The notes under the pieces: generated by a model
The model's database searches: none
The model's input: only the letters and a program-made list of their open reading frames with translations
Told to the model about the DNA's origin: nothing
Assembly: GCA_020137815.1 (NCBI GenBank)
Contig: CM035351.1
Span: forward strand, 620,001-684,000
From: Hormiphora californensis
Lineage: Eukaryota > Animalia > Ctenophora
Direction: 5' to 3'
Length of the DNA stretch: 64,000 bases
Made by a program: the position numbers and the translations under genes
Shown: positions 1 through 12,090 of the stretch, one piece after another
How the letters are laid out: every line of letters begins with the position of its first letter
Numbering within the stretch: the stretch's first letter is position 1

Positions 1-558
1 AGCTGCCATCGGGTGACAGACTCTGACATCCATGTAGGACATCTGGTCCGGAGCCCACAATCCCATGCAAACGATGTCCATACGGGCGTCTCTATCTGTA
101 TTTGCCCAAGGATACTGCTGCATTTCTTGGTCGTAATCCTCACATGGTTGTAAGAGTTTTTCAGTTTCTATAGACCTGACACCAGCGTAGGATAAGATAT
201 CAGCAAAGTTGTCTCTCAGGCGGTCGTGTCTGTAGATTGTGTAACCACCTTTGTGACAGGACAATGCGTGATCGGCACTGTTACTGGACCCACATGGGCA
301 TTTGGCGGGGAGATCAAGAAACGGTAATCCAAATCGAAGGTGCATCGCATCGACAAACTCTTGTTTGGTCAGGTGATGTCCATGTGCTTCGATGGGTCTT
401 GCTGTCAGCCAAGATGATGCCCCGGGCTCTTGGTTTAGTGAATGTAACCGGTTCTCCGTGTCAGTCATCTTTTCTTTCAGGGATTTCATCTGGACAAGAT
501 GTCTTTCAATTGTTCTTTCTTCGCATTCCTTGGTTCTTTCTCTGGTGATCTTCTCGAT
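1..558 (-). mobile_element. 5'-truncated CRE-clade (RLE-type) non-LTR retrotransposon, C-terminal zinc-knuckle/restriction-like endonuclease region; runs off the window edge
   Basis: Manual minus-strand translation is open from 558 to 1: ...GASSWLTARPIEAHGHHLTKQEFVDAMHLRFGLPFLDLPAKCPCGSSNSADHALSCHKGGYTIYRHDRLRD...DARMDIVCMGLW...YMDVRVCHP. This matches the recalled C-terminal motifs of metazoan CRE-like elements. It is missing from the ORF track, presumably because no stop lies inside the window. Confidence 0.8.
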
Positions 559-560
559 TC

Positions 561-1415
561 AATTCACGAATTTGGAATTTTTCGTCGACTTTTTTTGGCG
601 ACATAAAACGCGAGGAAATTTTCAATGAATTTTAAAATTTTACACTGCGCGCGTAATTCTAGGTTCCGCGCGCGGCGTAATGATTTACCCGCCTCGCCAA
701 AATTGTAATGGCCGTTTTTTCAAAAACCCAAGGTGATAAAGGTCCTCCCAAACTATTATGTCCCTTGCTGCGCGCGACCGGATTTTAGACAGCCATAGCT
801 CCACCCCCTGATGAGATAGAGACTTGAAATTTGTTTTGTGAGGAGATCATGTCGAGTTCTTCCTACAAAACAAATTTCAAGTCTTTATCTCATCAGGGAG
901 TGGAGCTATGACCGTGGGAAATTTCACAAAACCCGAGTGAGGGACATAGTAGTTTGGGGAGTACTTTAGTAGGAGCGGTTAGATCACCACGTGGTTAAAG
1001 TCGCATGCCACCCCTTTTTGCGCATTGTCATAGCTCCTCGAGGTCGCATCCAATCATTATCAAGAAATGTCCCTCAAGTTTTCGCTTCTCCTTGACTGTC
1101 TGGCGGCGCCAGACCCCAATTTGAGCGACAGTGCGCTCAGATGGGTCGCGGCGCCAGACAGCTCCTTGAGGAGATCTACAGGTTTGATGAAGGTCACTTA
1201 TGGATTGGATGCAAAATGAAGCCGTGAGAGTAACCTGAGATTAGGGTGGCGCGCGACTTTCTGCACGTGCTGATCTAACCGCTCCTACTATGAGACTCAT
1301 TGCAAGGAACAAACAAATTATCTTTTTAAAATCAAACACAAATGTCACCGGTTATATGAGGATAAATTACCATTTACCAGGTCACGGGTTCTATTCCCAG
1401 CAAACGGGTACTCTA
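561..1415 (+). mobile_element. Non-autonomous Helitron-like element, copy 1 (5' part interrupted by the CRE fragment), with internal palindromes
   Basis: 561-720 is repeated at about 1927-2110, and 1291-1413 is repeated at about 2390-2500. Internal inverted repeats lie at about 745-961 and 969-1290. Confidence 0.5.
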
Positions 1416-2503
1416 TAATCCATATAATAAATTCCAAAATGTTAGTCCGATAATTGTTTTCTCCCTACTCCTCCTACAGTTTTTGAGCTAGACCCCTGAA
1501 AATTTGTACACTGGTACTTTGGACCAAGGCGGGTGTAAGTACGGGCTCAGATTTTTGATCCGATCTTTACAACAGTGACGTCACGGGGTGACGTCATTGC
1601 GACAAAAAGACTTACATTTTTCAAACGCTTCTAAGACCCTGAAAACGGCTCTAAATCAAAAAACTAACGCAATAGTGGGGAAAGAGAATCGTTTGAACTT
1701 CATTTTACATGATAGCGATTTCCCGTAACTCAATGTTTAAGGGTCGTAAATCGCGTCGGGAAAGTTAAAAATGCCAAAAATACGATATTTTTCACCGTAG
1801 CCACCCAAAATCTTATCCAATCGATACGAAACTTGGTCGTTATGTGAACTTTAATGTCCTTTGGCCAGGGGTTCCCGGAAAACGGATTGGAAAGATGAGA
1901 ACTGACCGGAGTTCTTATAATTCTAAATTCACGAATTTGGAATTTTTCGTCGACTTTTTTTGGCGAGGAAATTTTCAATACAATGAATTATAAAATTTTA
2001 CACTGCGCGCGTAATCCTAGGTTCCGCGCGCGGCGTAAAAAAGCAGCGCTTTTTTGGAAAAATTCGCGCGTTACAGTAAATGATTTACCCGCCTCGCCAA
2101 AATTGTAACGCGCTCCTACTATGAGACTCATTAGGGATCCCTAATAAAGTTGTGACTTGTCACCAAACATGTGGTTCCCGTGGCGGCGCGGCTTCAAAAT
2201 GCGCGATTGTAACTTGTCACCGCATGGTTTACGCCGCGCCGCAGCTACGCGCAGTGGGAACCACGTGCGTTTTGGTACGCGCACACGCGGTGACAAGTCA
2301 CAACCGCGCCTCCGCAAGACTACAGTGACAAGTTACAACTTTATTAGGGATCCCTCAAAGGGATCCCTAATAAAGTTGTAACTTGTCACTAAGGAACAAA
2401 CAAATTAATTTATCTTTTAAAAATCAAACACAAATGTCACCGGTTATATGAGGATAAATTACCATTTACCAGGTCACGGGTTCCCAGCAAACGGGTACTC
2501 TAG
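1412..2503 (+). mobile_element. Non-autonomous Helitron-like element, copy 2
   Basis: Starts TCTATAATCCATATAATAAA (5'-TC) and ends CCCAGCAAACGGG-TACT-CTAG followed by T of a (TAA)n tract. No TSD. These are canonical Helitron-type termini, but the 3' hairpin is weak. Confidence 0.55.
2133..2355. mobile_element. Small palindromic MITE nested in Helitron-like copy 2
   Basis: AGGGATCCCTAATAAAGTTGT...ACAACTTTATTAGGGATCCCT inverted termini. It is absent at the homologous position of copy 1 (TGAGACTCATTGCAAGGAAC). A partial extra terminus lies at 2359-2390. Confidence 0.6.
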
Positions 2504-3290
2504 TAATAATAATAATAATAATAGTCCTTGGGGTCTTTTGAAAATTCTGCCTTCTGGGCCGATATTTTCGCCATTTGCGACGTAATATTGGCATGATGAG
2601 TAACTTCAGGTGAATTTGTGATATATTTGGTTAACTTAGACTGTACTGAGCGCAGATCGAGGGCAGAACGACATCGAAGTCCGGAGAAATTTAAAATTTT
2701 GGGCAAAAATCAAGCTTTGCAGCCAGAATACCGGTCCTATTCAAGTTTAAGAGGTGGTTCACGCTTCCGTAAAGCCTGGTTCTCTATCGCCTAGAGCCTT
2801 TAGGCTAGAGATTAGATCAAGAAAGATTCGAGAGGGGAGTTTTCAAAAATTTAAAAGTTTGGCGTCGCGTTTTTTTGTTGGGTGAGTTTGATCTAATCGT
2901 CGCGTCGCATAACGGCCTTTGCGCGGCGTAAAGCACAATAACGCAACGCTTTAAACATGAAGTTTTAGCGCGTTACAACTATTAAGCGACAAATGCAGCG
3001 CAAAGTCCTTCTGAAATCACGTTTCGAAACTTATTTTTTTAGGAACTCCCTCTGACAAAATTTTGTTTGATCCTTGGAATGCGCTGCAGCCCCCTCATGC
3101 GCGCACCCCCGCATATTATAAGGGGCCTGCAACGTATGCCAAGTTTGATCCTTTTCTTTGTCTGATTCGTGATGTTCCGCGCCGTTTCTCCATATCATTA
3201 CCATAGTGCTTCTTGTATTAGCTCCATATCCTTCATTTTACCCCGTTTTACAGTTGAAAAGGTTTATGTAAAACATACAAGTCTTTAGAA

Positions 3291-3926
3291 ATGGAGTTAT
3301 TGACCTCAGACTCTGACGCTTGGGATGATTCAGCATTGATCAAAGCGTGGGACAGCACAATGCAAGCATTTAAAGATGAAATTTATAACGAGAAAAGTGG
3401 CCAGTCTCATCATCAATCCTCATCTGGTGTACCTCATAATGGTGGGGGAAAGAAGAAACGAAAAAATAAAAAGAAGCGACAGTTTGATGAACACTGGGAG
3501 GTTGGTCAGAGCTGTGAGGCTAAGTATGCAGAAGATGGACTGTTTTACCCTGCAGAGATTGTTGCAGTGGGAGATACGTTTGTGACAGTTTGTTATACTG
3601 AGTATGACGAGGAGATGGACGTGATGTTGGGAGATTTGAGGGTGGTTCAAGAGGAGAGTGTTGAACCCCAACCGCCCCCTCCATGCCCCGTCCACCACCA
3701 CCAGCAACACCCATCCCAACACCCGCCCCACCCTAGTACGATGATGATGGGTCACACTCACGGCCCCATTCCTCCCCCACCCTGCCCACCACACCCCTTC
3801 GCAACTACCAACTGCACTGATGAGTCCCTGGCAGCGATGTTAATGAGCTGGTACAAAACTGGGTATACCACGGGGTATTATCAGGCGCTGAGAGAACACA
3901 ACATAATGCCTGAACACAAACAGTGA
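3291..3926 (+). CDS. SMN: Survival motor neuron protein (single coding exon, 211 aa)
   Basis: N-terminal Gemin2-binding motif DSDAWDDSALIKAWD, Lys-rich patch, Tudor domain (WEVGQSCEAKYAEDGLFYPAEI...YTEYDEE), poly-Pro, and C-terminal YG box MLMSWYKTGYTTGYYQAL. Confidence 0.95.
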   Translation: MELLTSDSDAWDDSALIKAWDSTMQAFKDEIYNEKSGQSHHQSSSGVPHNGGGKKKRKNKKKRQFDEHWEVGQSCEAKYAEDGLFYPAEIVAVGDTFVTVCYTEYDEEMDVMLGDLRVVQEESVEPQPPPPCPVHHHQQHPSQHPPHPSTMMMGHTHGPIPPPPCPPHPFATTNCTDESLAAMLMSWYKTGYTTGYYQALREHNIMPEHKQ

Positions 3927-4084
3927 TTTTTAACGTTTTTATATATATATGCGATTATTTTATATTTTATTACATCTTCCTGCGTTGAAATTTAACAACG
4001 TTTTAGCCTTGAAGTTTCAATTATCAAGTCCTCCTCCTCCTGATACCCTATTATTATTATCTCAGTCCATGCTATATATGAGCG

Positions 4085-6702
4085 ATGGATGAGACCCAGC
4101 GAGAGAAGATCGCATTAGCGAAAAAGAAACTGAGAAAATTCCAGCAGAAAGGAGCAAAAGTCGAGAAGGTCAGTGTAACCCCCCCCCCTGTCTTACCTTT
4201 GTACACCGTATAGAGATACATTGTTAAATGACGTGTGATTCCAAATCCTCCTCCGATCCCCCAGAATGGCCAGGACACAGACTCAGCCTCTCAAGTTTCC
4301 ATTCATTCTGAACTACAACAGCAGGCAATAGACATTTTAGTGGAAGAGAAGGCAGAGCTACTAAAAACAAAGGACAAACAAAATGCTGCAATTTCCCAAC
4401 TCCAAGGTAACAGTTAGCAGGTTTTGGTTGGTGCATTACACGCATCCTGCTCCACCCCTGTCGTGCAAAACCTGGAACAGTTTTACAAAATACGTTTTTA
4501 GAAAAAGGTCGATAGTTTTATTTGTTTGACACACGTGTTCCTTGCAGATGAAGTGACTGTATTAAAGTCTACAGTCCACACCACTCGGAGTGAGCTGAAC
4601 TCGTCCGAAAAGAAAAGGAAATCTCTCCAAACTTCTTTAGAGGAGTCTAATTCCGTAAGTAGTTTGTTCTTCTGTGTGTGTGTGTTTGGGAGAAAAAGAG
4701 GGAAAGAAAGCGGCGGGAGAAGGAATATTGAGGCATGCTAGAGCCAGAGAGAATTTGGCGTTGGCTTGTTTGCTTGTCTGTGTGTGTCTGTGTGTTTTGT
4801 GTGTATTCCATACACGTTAGACAGTTAGAAGGAGTATGTGAGAATTCCATATGCGTGGGAGAGGTTTTGTTTGCTAGTTGTGTGTTTACATTTTACCGCC
4901 CTTTCCAGAGAGTCGCCACTGCTGAGCGGGATAGTGAGAGGTTACGGCGGGAAGTTGAGAACTTGGTCGGCCAGGTTGATCTACTGCAGACTGAGAACAA
5001 AGCAATGACTGCCCAGAATGGGGAACTAGCTGACAAACTGACCAACAACGCTAATATTAACCAGGTAATTGGAACGTTATTTCTCACTTGACCACCCCCC
5101 TCACCAATCTCCCTGGCCCGGGTTAGAACACTACAAGGAGATATAATGAACTAATCCCTCTCTATCTTGTCTTTACAATCCTCTAGAATGATGCAGGTTC
5201 ATAGAGTTCAACTCTCTATTGACGAACTATTACCCCCCCCCCCCAGGTTCAAGTCTCTAATAGCATGTCAGATGTACCGAATCCCTTTAAAAAGAACGGG
5301 GACCAAGTTACCAAATTAGAAGCCCAACTAAGGGAACTAGAAAGCCAGTGTGAGCTGCTCAAAGGATCCCTATCCAGCCGGGAGCAGCAGTGTGACACCC
5401 TAGCTGGTCAGATATCCCACCAGCAGACAGCCCATACTCAAGAGGTGGGTGCTCTACAGACAAGGATTGGAGAGTTGGAGGGAGAGTTGGAGGAGATGGA
5501 GCAGGAGTGTGATGGCCTGACTGAGAAGTTGCACAATGCTGCTACCGCTGTAGTCCCTAATGTGAGTATGCAACTAAAAACTAACACTAAAATAATACTC
5601 AATCTATCCTTATTTGCACATATAAAGTTGAGACATATCCTGTTATTACCCCCCTCTCCCAATCAGGAGGTACAATCCTGCGGGGATATTGCCACTCCAC
5701 CAGCTGCCCCCATCCCTGACGAGAGAGATACCAGGATAGAAGAGTTACAGACAGCGCTTGAAGAACAGATTGTCAGCACAATAACACTGCAGAAGGAACT
5801 AGATAATCTGAGGGAGGGGAGTGTCGACCAAACCGCCCTGCTGACCCAGATAAATAATGACAAGGCGACCATTGCACGTGCCATGAGTCAGAACAAGCAG
5901 CTGAAAGAGACAACACTAGATTTACAGGATAAACTTCTCAATGCCAGTGAGATCAATGCCAATCTGGCTAATGAGGTCACCAAGTTGTCTGAGAGAATGG
6001 CCGATATGACCCAGACAGCTAGATCAGAGGATAGTATTTTAGGTGATTAGACTCTTTTACTTGAATTTCATTTGTTTTTCTGGTGATCCAGCACCGGTAC
6101 TTGACATTTTAATTATTCGATATTATACTCACCTTTGTATCCTACCTATTTCACCCTAATCAGATGACATATCATCGAGAGATCGGATAATTCAACTGAC
6201 AGCTGAGCTGAAAGAGGTGAAGTCAAGTTTGAATTCTGTCCAACAAGAGAAAGCTATTCTTGGGTTATCTGCCGCTCAGGTACTTGATGCCAGCTTTATA
6301 GAGCTTACACTTGTTAGCAACTGGGTAAATACTGTTGTTGGTAACCATAGTAACCAGTGATTACCATAGTAACCACTAACCATATTAGTAACCACTTTGT
6401 AACCACTTTGTGACCACTGAGTTTGTAACCCAATGTTCACATTGCAGGTGGACAGTGTCAAAGCAATGAACATTGCCCTTCAAGAGAAGGTTGCTGAACT
6501 ATCACGACAGAACACCACCTCCTCCTCCACTGCTGGTGGTGGTTCAGATGTAGATCAGAGAGTGCAGGAAGTTAGGATGGAGGAGAGAGAGGAGAGAGAG
6601 AAACAGAGAATGTTCCTGGATAAATACTATGAGGAGAGATTAAGGGATAACACTGCTCAATTGGAGACTAGGATCGATGAACAAACTAGACAGTTCAAAC
6701 AG
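4085..6702 (+). CDS. GOLGA2: Golgin subfamily A member 2 / GM130, multi-exon, 3' end not resolved
   Basis: Exon 1 MDETQREKIALAKKKLRKFQQK is the GM130 N-terminal basic motif. Also QAIDILVEEKAEL and NDKATIARAMSQNKQLKE, both conserved GM130 coiled-coil motifs. GT-AG introns; the last clear donor is AAACA|GTAAGT at 6702/6703. Confidence 0.85.
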
Positions 6703-6915
6703 TAAGTGTTGTTATCTTGCTCCATTCTCCACTATCAGCTATCTATCTTTCTTTCTATCTCTATATCTCTCCTTCTCCGACCCTCCCTTTCTCTTTGGAG
6801 AGTTGGGAAAATAGAATATATCTAAGTCAAGTTTCTCGTGTTATAAGAGGTATGAGCGTTTACATGCAAGCTACTATTCTGAATAGTAGACAACTATAGT
6901 GTGTGTTTTCGGGGG

Positions 6916-7254
6916 TCAGTTGGGTGCACGGTCCGGTAGGATAGTCCTAACAACAAATATCAGTATAGTACCTGTGAGTTGTGAATATATCATGACCTCT
7001 GCTATGTTCATGTAGTTCCAGCCCCCATTGGGGTGGTTATCGTACACGAACACAGCAAGGGTAGGTTCCTCAGTAGCAGGACATGGTACGGTGTAGGTCT
7101 GGGCCTCAACAGAATCCCCATCAGTAGTATTCACGGTGTTAATAGTCCCACATGTGGTATTGGTTGTAGACCCAATTAGGGAGACTTCGGTACCTACCAG
7201 TCGCTCTATTACTGCTTCGACTCCCAGCCTAATAAAAGTTGGGCAATTATTCAA
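6916..7254 (-). CDS. Exon of an F-type-lectin/galactose-binding-like domain gene, antisense and probably inside a GM130 intron
   Basis: RLVGTEVSLIG...TCGTI...QTYTVPC...MNIAEVMIY resembles the C-terminal half of F-type lectin folds. Phase-1 donor ACAG|GTACTA at 6972/6971. The upstream part runs into low-quality sequence. Confidence 0.45.
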   Translation of the reverse strand: MNNCPTFIRLGVEAVIERLVGTEVSLIGSTTNTTCGTINTVNTTDGDSVEAQTYTVPCPATEEPTLAVFVYDNHPNGGWNYMNIAEVMIYSQLTGTILIFVVRTILPDRAPN

Positions 7255-7329
7255 GGGTGCCTTGGCGAGCTATCGCGATATCGTCGGAAGTTACATAGCT
7301 CTGTTTGATCTAACTAGGCCTACTTTGAT

Positions 7330-10300
7330 CTACCTACTTTACTAAATCAATCAAATCAATTTCTCTTTTCCCATCCCGCAAAGGAAAAAAAACCTCCCAC
7401 CACCGAATTATGACAAACTCCTCCACTCATTAATTATGACAATCTCCCCCATCACCTCCCAATTATAAATTCTCACCCCCTGCAATTTTAGCAACTCCCC
7501 CCTCTTAAAGGGGTTTCCCCCATTAAAAATTTTTCAGCCCCACTGGGCTGGTCCAGGGAGACAGGAGTAGGATTTATTTTTGTCCATCATTTACGTCCAC
7601 CCCTTTAAAGGGCCGGGGTGTGTTTTAAACCCGGGTTTTAACATTTGCCCCGTACTAACGGGGCTGTTATACGGAAAGGACAGGAAAAAAAGACCATTCT
7701 TTTAAATTGTTCAATAAAAATTACTCTGCCCCCCAAACCTGACCTAACCGACCGCTTTTAAAATTTCTTGGATCCCCACCCCCCCTTTTTTTGGCCCCCC
7801 CCCCCCCCCCCCCTCCAAGGTCTCCCCATTTTAAACTTAACACATTAGAAAAAAAAAAAAGACGTGAACCCCCTTTTCCCTCAAAAGAAAAAAGTCAAAC
7901 TTACAGAAACCCCGGGGGGGGGAGAGTGCTTGTCTTTTTTTCCCCCGCTCGACTTGGCTGGCCACTTGGAGCACTCCGTAAAAAACCCCCTGGGGAACCA
8001 GGCTACCCCCTTTCACCCTTTTGTCACCCCCCCCTCCCCATCCAGGAAGTGGAAAAAAAGGGAAAAAGCAACCACAACACTAACCCCCACCCCCAAAGCC
8101 CCCGGCCACCCAAAACCCCCACCCCCACCCCCACCCCCCCCCCCCCCCCACCCAAAACCCCCCCCCAAACCCGCCCACCCCCAGTTCGTTCTCAAAATAC
8201 CCATAAAGAGGCATTTGCCCCCGCAGTTCAAGTCCAGGTAGCCAAAACCCGGGCAACCCATCCGGGTAGTCCCACATCTGAAGGACGGTGAAAAGGAAAA
8301 AAAAAAGTTAAAAAAAAGCCCCGCCTCTCCGGGAAGCTCCCCCCCCGGAACCCCTTTTGCAACGCAACCTTCCCCAGTCCGACCTCCCCTGCAACCGAGG
8401 AACGGGTTTAAACCACCCCCGAGGTGCTACAACAACATTGGTGCCCCACAAGACCACTGAGGAGGGGGTTAACGAACATGAGAGCAGTCACCCCCGCCTG
8501 GGCCCCAAATGACCGGGGAGTTCCCCTCGGAAGCACCTAAACGAACACCCAGGGAAAGGGAAAGGAAAGGGGGAAGGAAAGGGGGTTTTCGAAAATTTTT
8601 TTTTTAACATTGAGGGGAAAAAATTTTAAAAATTTTTTTGGGGGGGAAAAATTTTTCCCCCCCCCCTGGACCAAAAGGGGATGTTCTTCAGTTTTCCAGT
8701 TTTACTTCCGGGCCACCCGACTTTACCCAAAAAAAAAGGGCCCCGGGGTTTTTTTTGAGGGGAAACCCCCCAATTACCTTTTTTTTTTTTTTAAAGGGAG
8801 AGTTTTTAAAAATTTTTTTTTTTACCGGTTTTTGCTTAACTGAAGAGGACATTTTTGTCGAAAATTTTTTAAAAAATTTTTTTAAAAAAAAAATTTTTTT
8901 TTTTCTGAATCAAACCTTTTTTTTTTAATGCCGATTACCCTTAAAAGGGAGGCCCCGTTTTTTAGGCCAAAAATGGACCCCCAAAAAAAAACAATGAAAA
9001 AAAATTTTAACCAAAAAAAAAAAAAAAAAAAAAAAAGGTTTTTTCCCCCCCCCCCCGCGGGGGTTTTTTTTTGGGGGGGTTTTTCCCAAAAAAAATAACA
9101 CAACACTAAACAAAAAACGGCTTTTTAAAAGACCCCAAAAACGGAAAAGGGGGCGTTTTTTAAAAAAAATCCATTTTTTTTTCCCATGGGCCCCTTAAAA
9201 AATTTTTTAAAAAAAAAGGGGTTTTAAAAAAATAAAAAAGGGGGGGAAACCCCCAAACAAAAGGCAATGGGAAAAAAAGGGGGGGGAAAAAAAAAAACAG
9301 AGAAACAGGGCCCGGCCCAAAAAAGGGGGGGGGGGGGGGGGATTTTAAGAAAATTTGAATAAATTTAAAGGGGGGGATGCCCCCTAAAAAATTGGGGGAA
9401 GGAAAACATGCTTAATGGTGGGGCCCAAAAATTTTTAAAAATTTCCCCCGGTTTTTTTTAAATTAATCATTGCATTTTAAATTCCGGGCCCCCTTTTTCT
9501 CTTCCCCCCCTTTTTTTTTTTCCCCCCCCTCTTTTTTTTTTTCCCCCCCCCCCTTTTTTTTTCCCCCCCCCCCCCTTTTTTTTTCTTTTTTTTTCCCCCC
9601 CAAATTTTTTTCCCCCCCTTTTTTTTCCCCTTTTCCCCCTTTTCCCCCCCCCCCCTTTCTTCTTTTCCTCTCCTTTTTTTCTTCCCCTTTTTCCCCCCCT
9701 TTCCCCTCTTTTCCTTTTCCCCCCTTTTTTTTTTTTTTCCCCCCCCCCCCCCTTTTTTTTTCCCCCTTTCCCCCCCCCCCCCCCCAAAAAACCCCCTTTT
9801 TTTCCCCCCCCAACCCCTTCCCCCCCCCCCCCCTTTCCCCCCCCCCCTTTTTTCCCCCCCCCCCTTTTTTCCCCCCCCCTTTCCCCCCCCTTTTTAAAAC
9901 CCCCTCTTTTTTTCCCCCCTTTTGGGGCCCTTCCCCAACCCCCCCCCCGGGGTGGGGGGGGTTTTCCCCAAAAAGGTTTAATTTCCCTTTCCCCCCGGTC
10001 TTTTTTTTTGGTTCCGAAACCCCCCCCAAAAACCTTTTTTTTTGGGGGGAAAAAAAAATTTTTTAAAGGGAAAAAAAACCCCAATTTTTTTTTTTTTTTA
10101 AAAGGGGGGGGGAAAAAAAAACCCCCCCCAAAAAAAAATTTTTTAAAATAAAAACCCCCCCCTTTCTTTTTTTTTAAAAAAATAAAAAAAAAAAAAAAAA
10201 AAAAAAATTGGGTTTTTTAATTTTTTTTAATTTTTTTTAACCCCAAAAAAAATTTTTTTTTTTAAATTTTGAAAAATTTTTTTTTTCCCCGGGGGCCCCC

Positions 10301-10770
10301 CCCCCGGCCCCAAAAAAAACCCCGGGTTTTTTTTTTTCCCTTTTCCCCCCCCCCCCTTTTTGTTTTTTTCCCCCCTTTTTTTTTTTCCCCTTTTTTTTTG
10401 GGTTTTTGGGAAAACCCCCCCCCCCCAACCCCGGGGGTTTTTCCCCCAAAACCCTTTTTTAAAATTAACCCCCTTTGTTTTTAAAAGGGGTTTTTTTTTT
10501 TTTCCCCCTTTAAAATTTCTTTTGCCCCGGGGGGCCCCCTTTTTAACCCCCCCCTTTTCCCCCCCCCCCCCCTTTTTTTGGGTTTAAGGGGGGGGGGGAA
10601 AAAAAAAAAAGGGGCCCCCGGGGGGGCCCCCCCCCCCAAAAAAAAAAGGGTAGGAAAGGGGGGGGGGGGGGAAAAAAAAAGGGGGAAAAAGGGCAAAAAA
10701 AAATTTTTTTAAAAAAAAAATTTTCCCCGGGGGGGGCCAAAAAAAAGGGGGGAAAAAGGGGAAATTTTAG
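7330..10770. other. Low-quality, homopolymer-dominated sequence (probable single-read or consensus artefact)
   Basis: Consists almost entirely of A/C/G/T runs of 4-20+ nt with no periodicity. Its ORFs are poly-G/K/P/F. Confidence 0.85.
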
Positions 10771-11719
10771 ACAACCCAATAGCTGTATCAAGGGCTCAAG
10801 AGAGAAAACCACGTGCCTTTGTTGACTAGACTTCCCAGAAATGGGGGATAAAGACACTGTTGCCAAAAAGAAACTCCAAGCAATATAATATATACTTGTT
10901 GTTATTCAACAAACATATATCCCAGTCTTGAATACTGGAGTATATTATAATAATAATATATTCCCCTAGTATCTTGCCTCTATTTACATACCTCAACGTT
11001 TACATGGTCAATTGTTTAGTTAGTCTCACTAATTCGTTAATCTTCTCTAACTCCTAAACACAGGACATCGTGAACTAGCTTTGATTCCCCCTCCTAGATA
11101 TCTAGGTACTATGTTTGCACAATATAGTTCATATACGGTATACGAACCCATGTCCCCCTCATAGCACCTCTGTACACGTTGGTGTGAGAGTTATTGTTTT
11201 CTTCTCTGTGTGTGTGCCCCAACTGAATTGTTCGTATGCTCTTTAGTCACTTGACTAAACCTAACACTAGTCTGTCTCCTTGCCGTTTGGTAACGATGTT
11301 ACCCCTCCCTTACCAGCGTGCGAAGGGGTTATGACCAACCCAATTCTCTTTGCTTTCAGCTACCCTCAGTTGCTTTTAGGGCACGTTGTGGTTTTATATA
11401 GTTGTGCGCTACACTACCAACATATTATTATTCAGAAAGTGCCCCGTGTAGTTCACTCCTAGTTCACCCCCATTTTCCAGCTGCCTTTCCCACCCGATGT
11501 GGTCCCGAGAAATGTTTATTACGTTATATATTTTGTGTGTCTCTCAGTTCTATAAAGTGCATTGAAAACTTCTCACCATGTAGTGTTGTATGGTACTCGA
11601 CTACACGACTAGATTAGAAAAGGAGAGGCCAGTGTGTTGCATCCGTGAAATGCTGTATTTGCGATGATATATGGTCAGATACGGGATGAAAAGGGATAAT
11701 GAGAGATATAAATAACTTG

Positions 11720-11744
11720 AGTGACAGAGAGAGAAAGGGGAGAG

Positions 11745-11793
<49 letters not shown>

Positions 11794-12090
11794 GATAGAG
11801 AGAGATAGAGAGATAGAGATAGAGAGAGGGAGGAAGAGAGATAGAGAGAGAGAGGGGGGGGGAGAGAGAGAGAGAGGGAGATGGAAAACTGAGTCATCGG
11901 TTTGGAATTGGGGACATAGTTACACTGCACTTCGTGTGGTGAGAGGAAACGAAGCGGTAAGGTTAGAGAGAGAGGAGAGGGAGGAGATGAAAGAGAGAGA
12001 AAGTGAGAGAGAGAGAGAGAGAGAGAGAAAGAGTAGAGAGAGAGAGGAAAGAGAGAGAGAGAACTGAGAAAGTGAGAGAGAGAGAGACCC
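11720..12090. repeat. (GA)n / (GAGATA)n microsatellite tracts
   Basis: Directly visible dinucleotide and hexanucleotide repeats. Confidence 0.95.

Noticed and set aside
7791-10866. Many Gly/Lys/Pro/Phe-rich ORFs
   Set aside because: They are translations of homopolymer noise in a low-quality segment.
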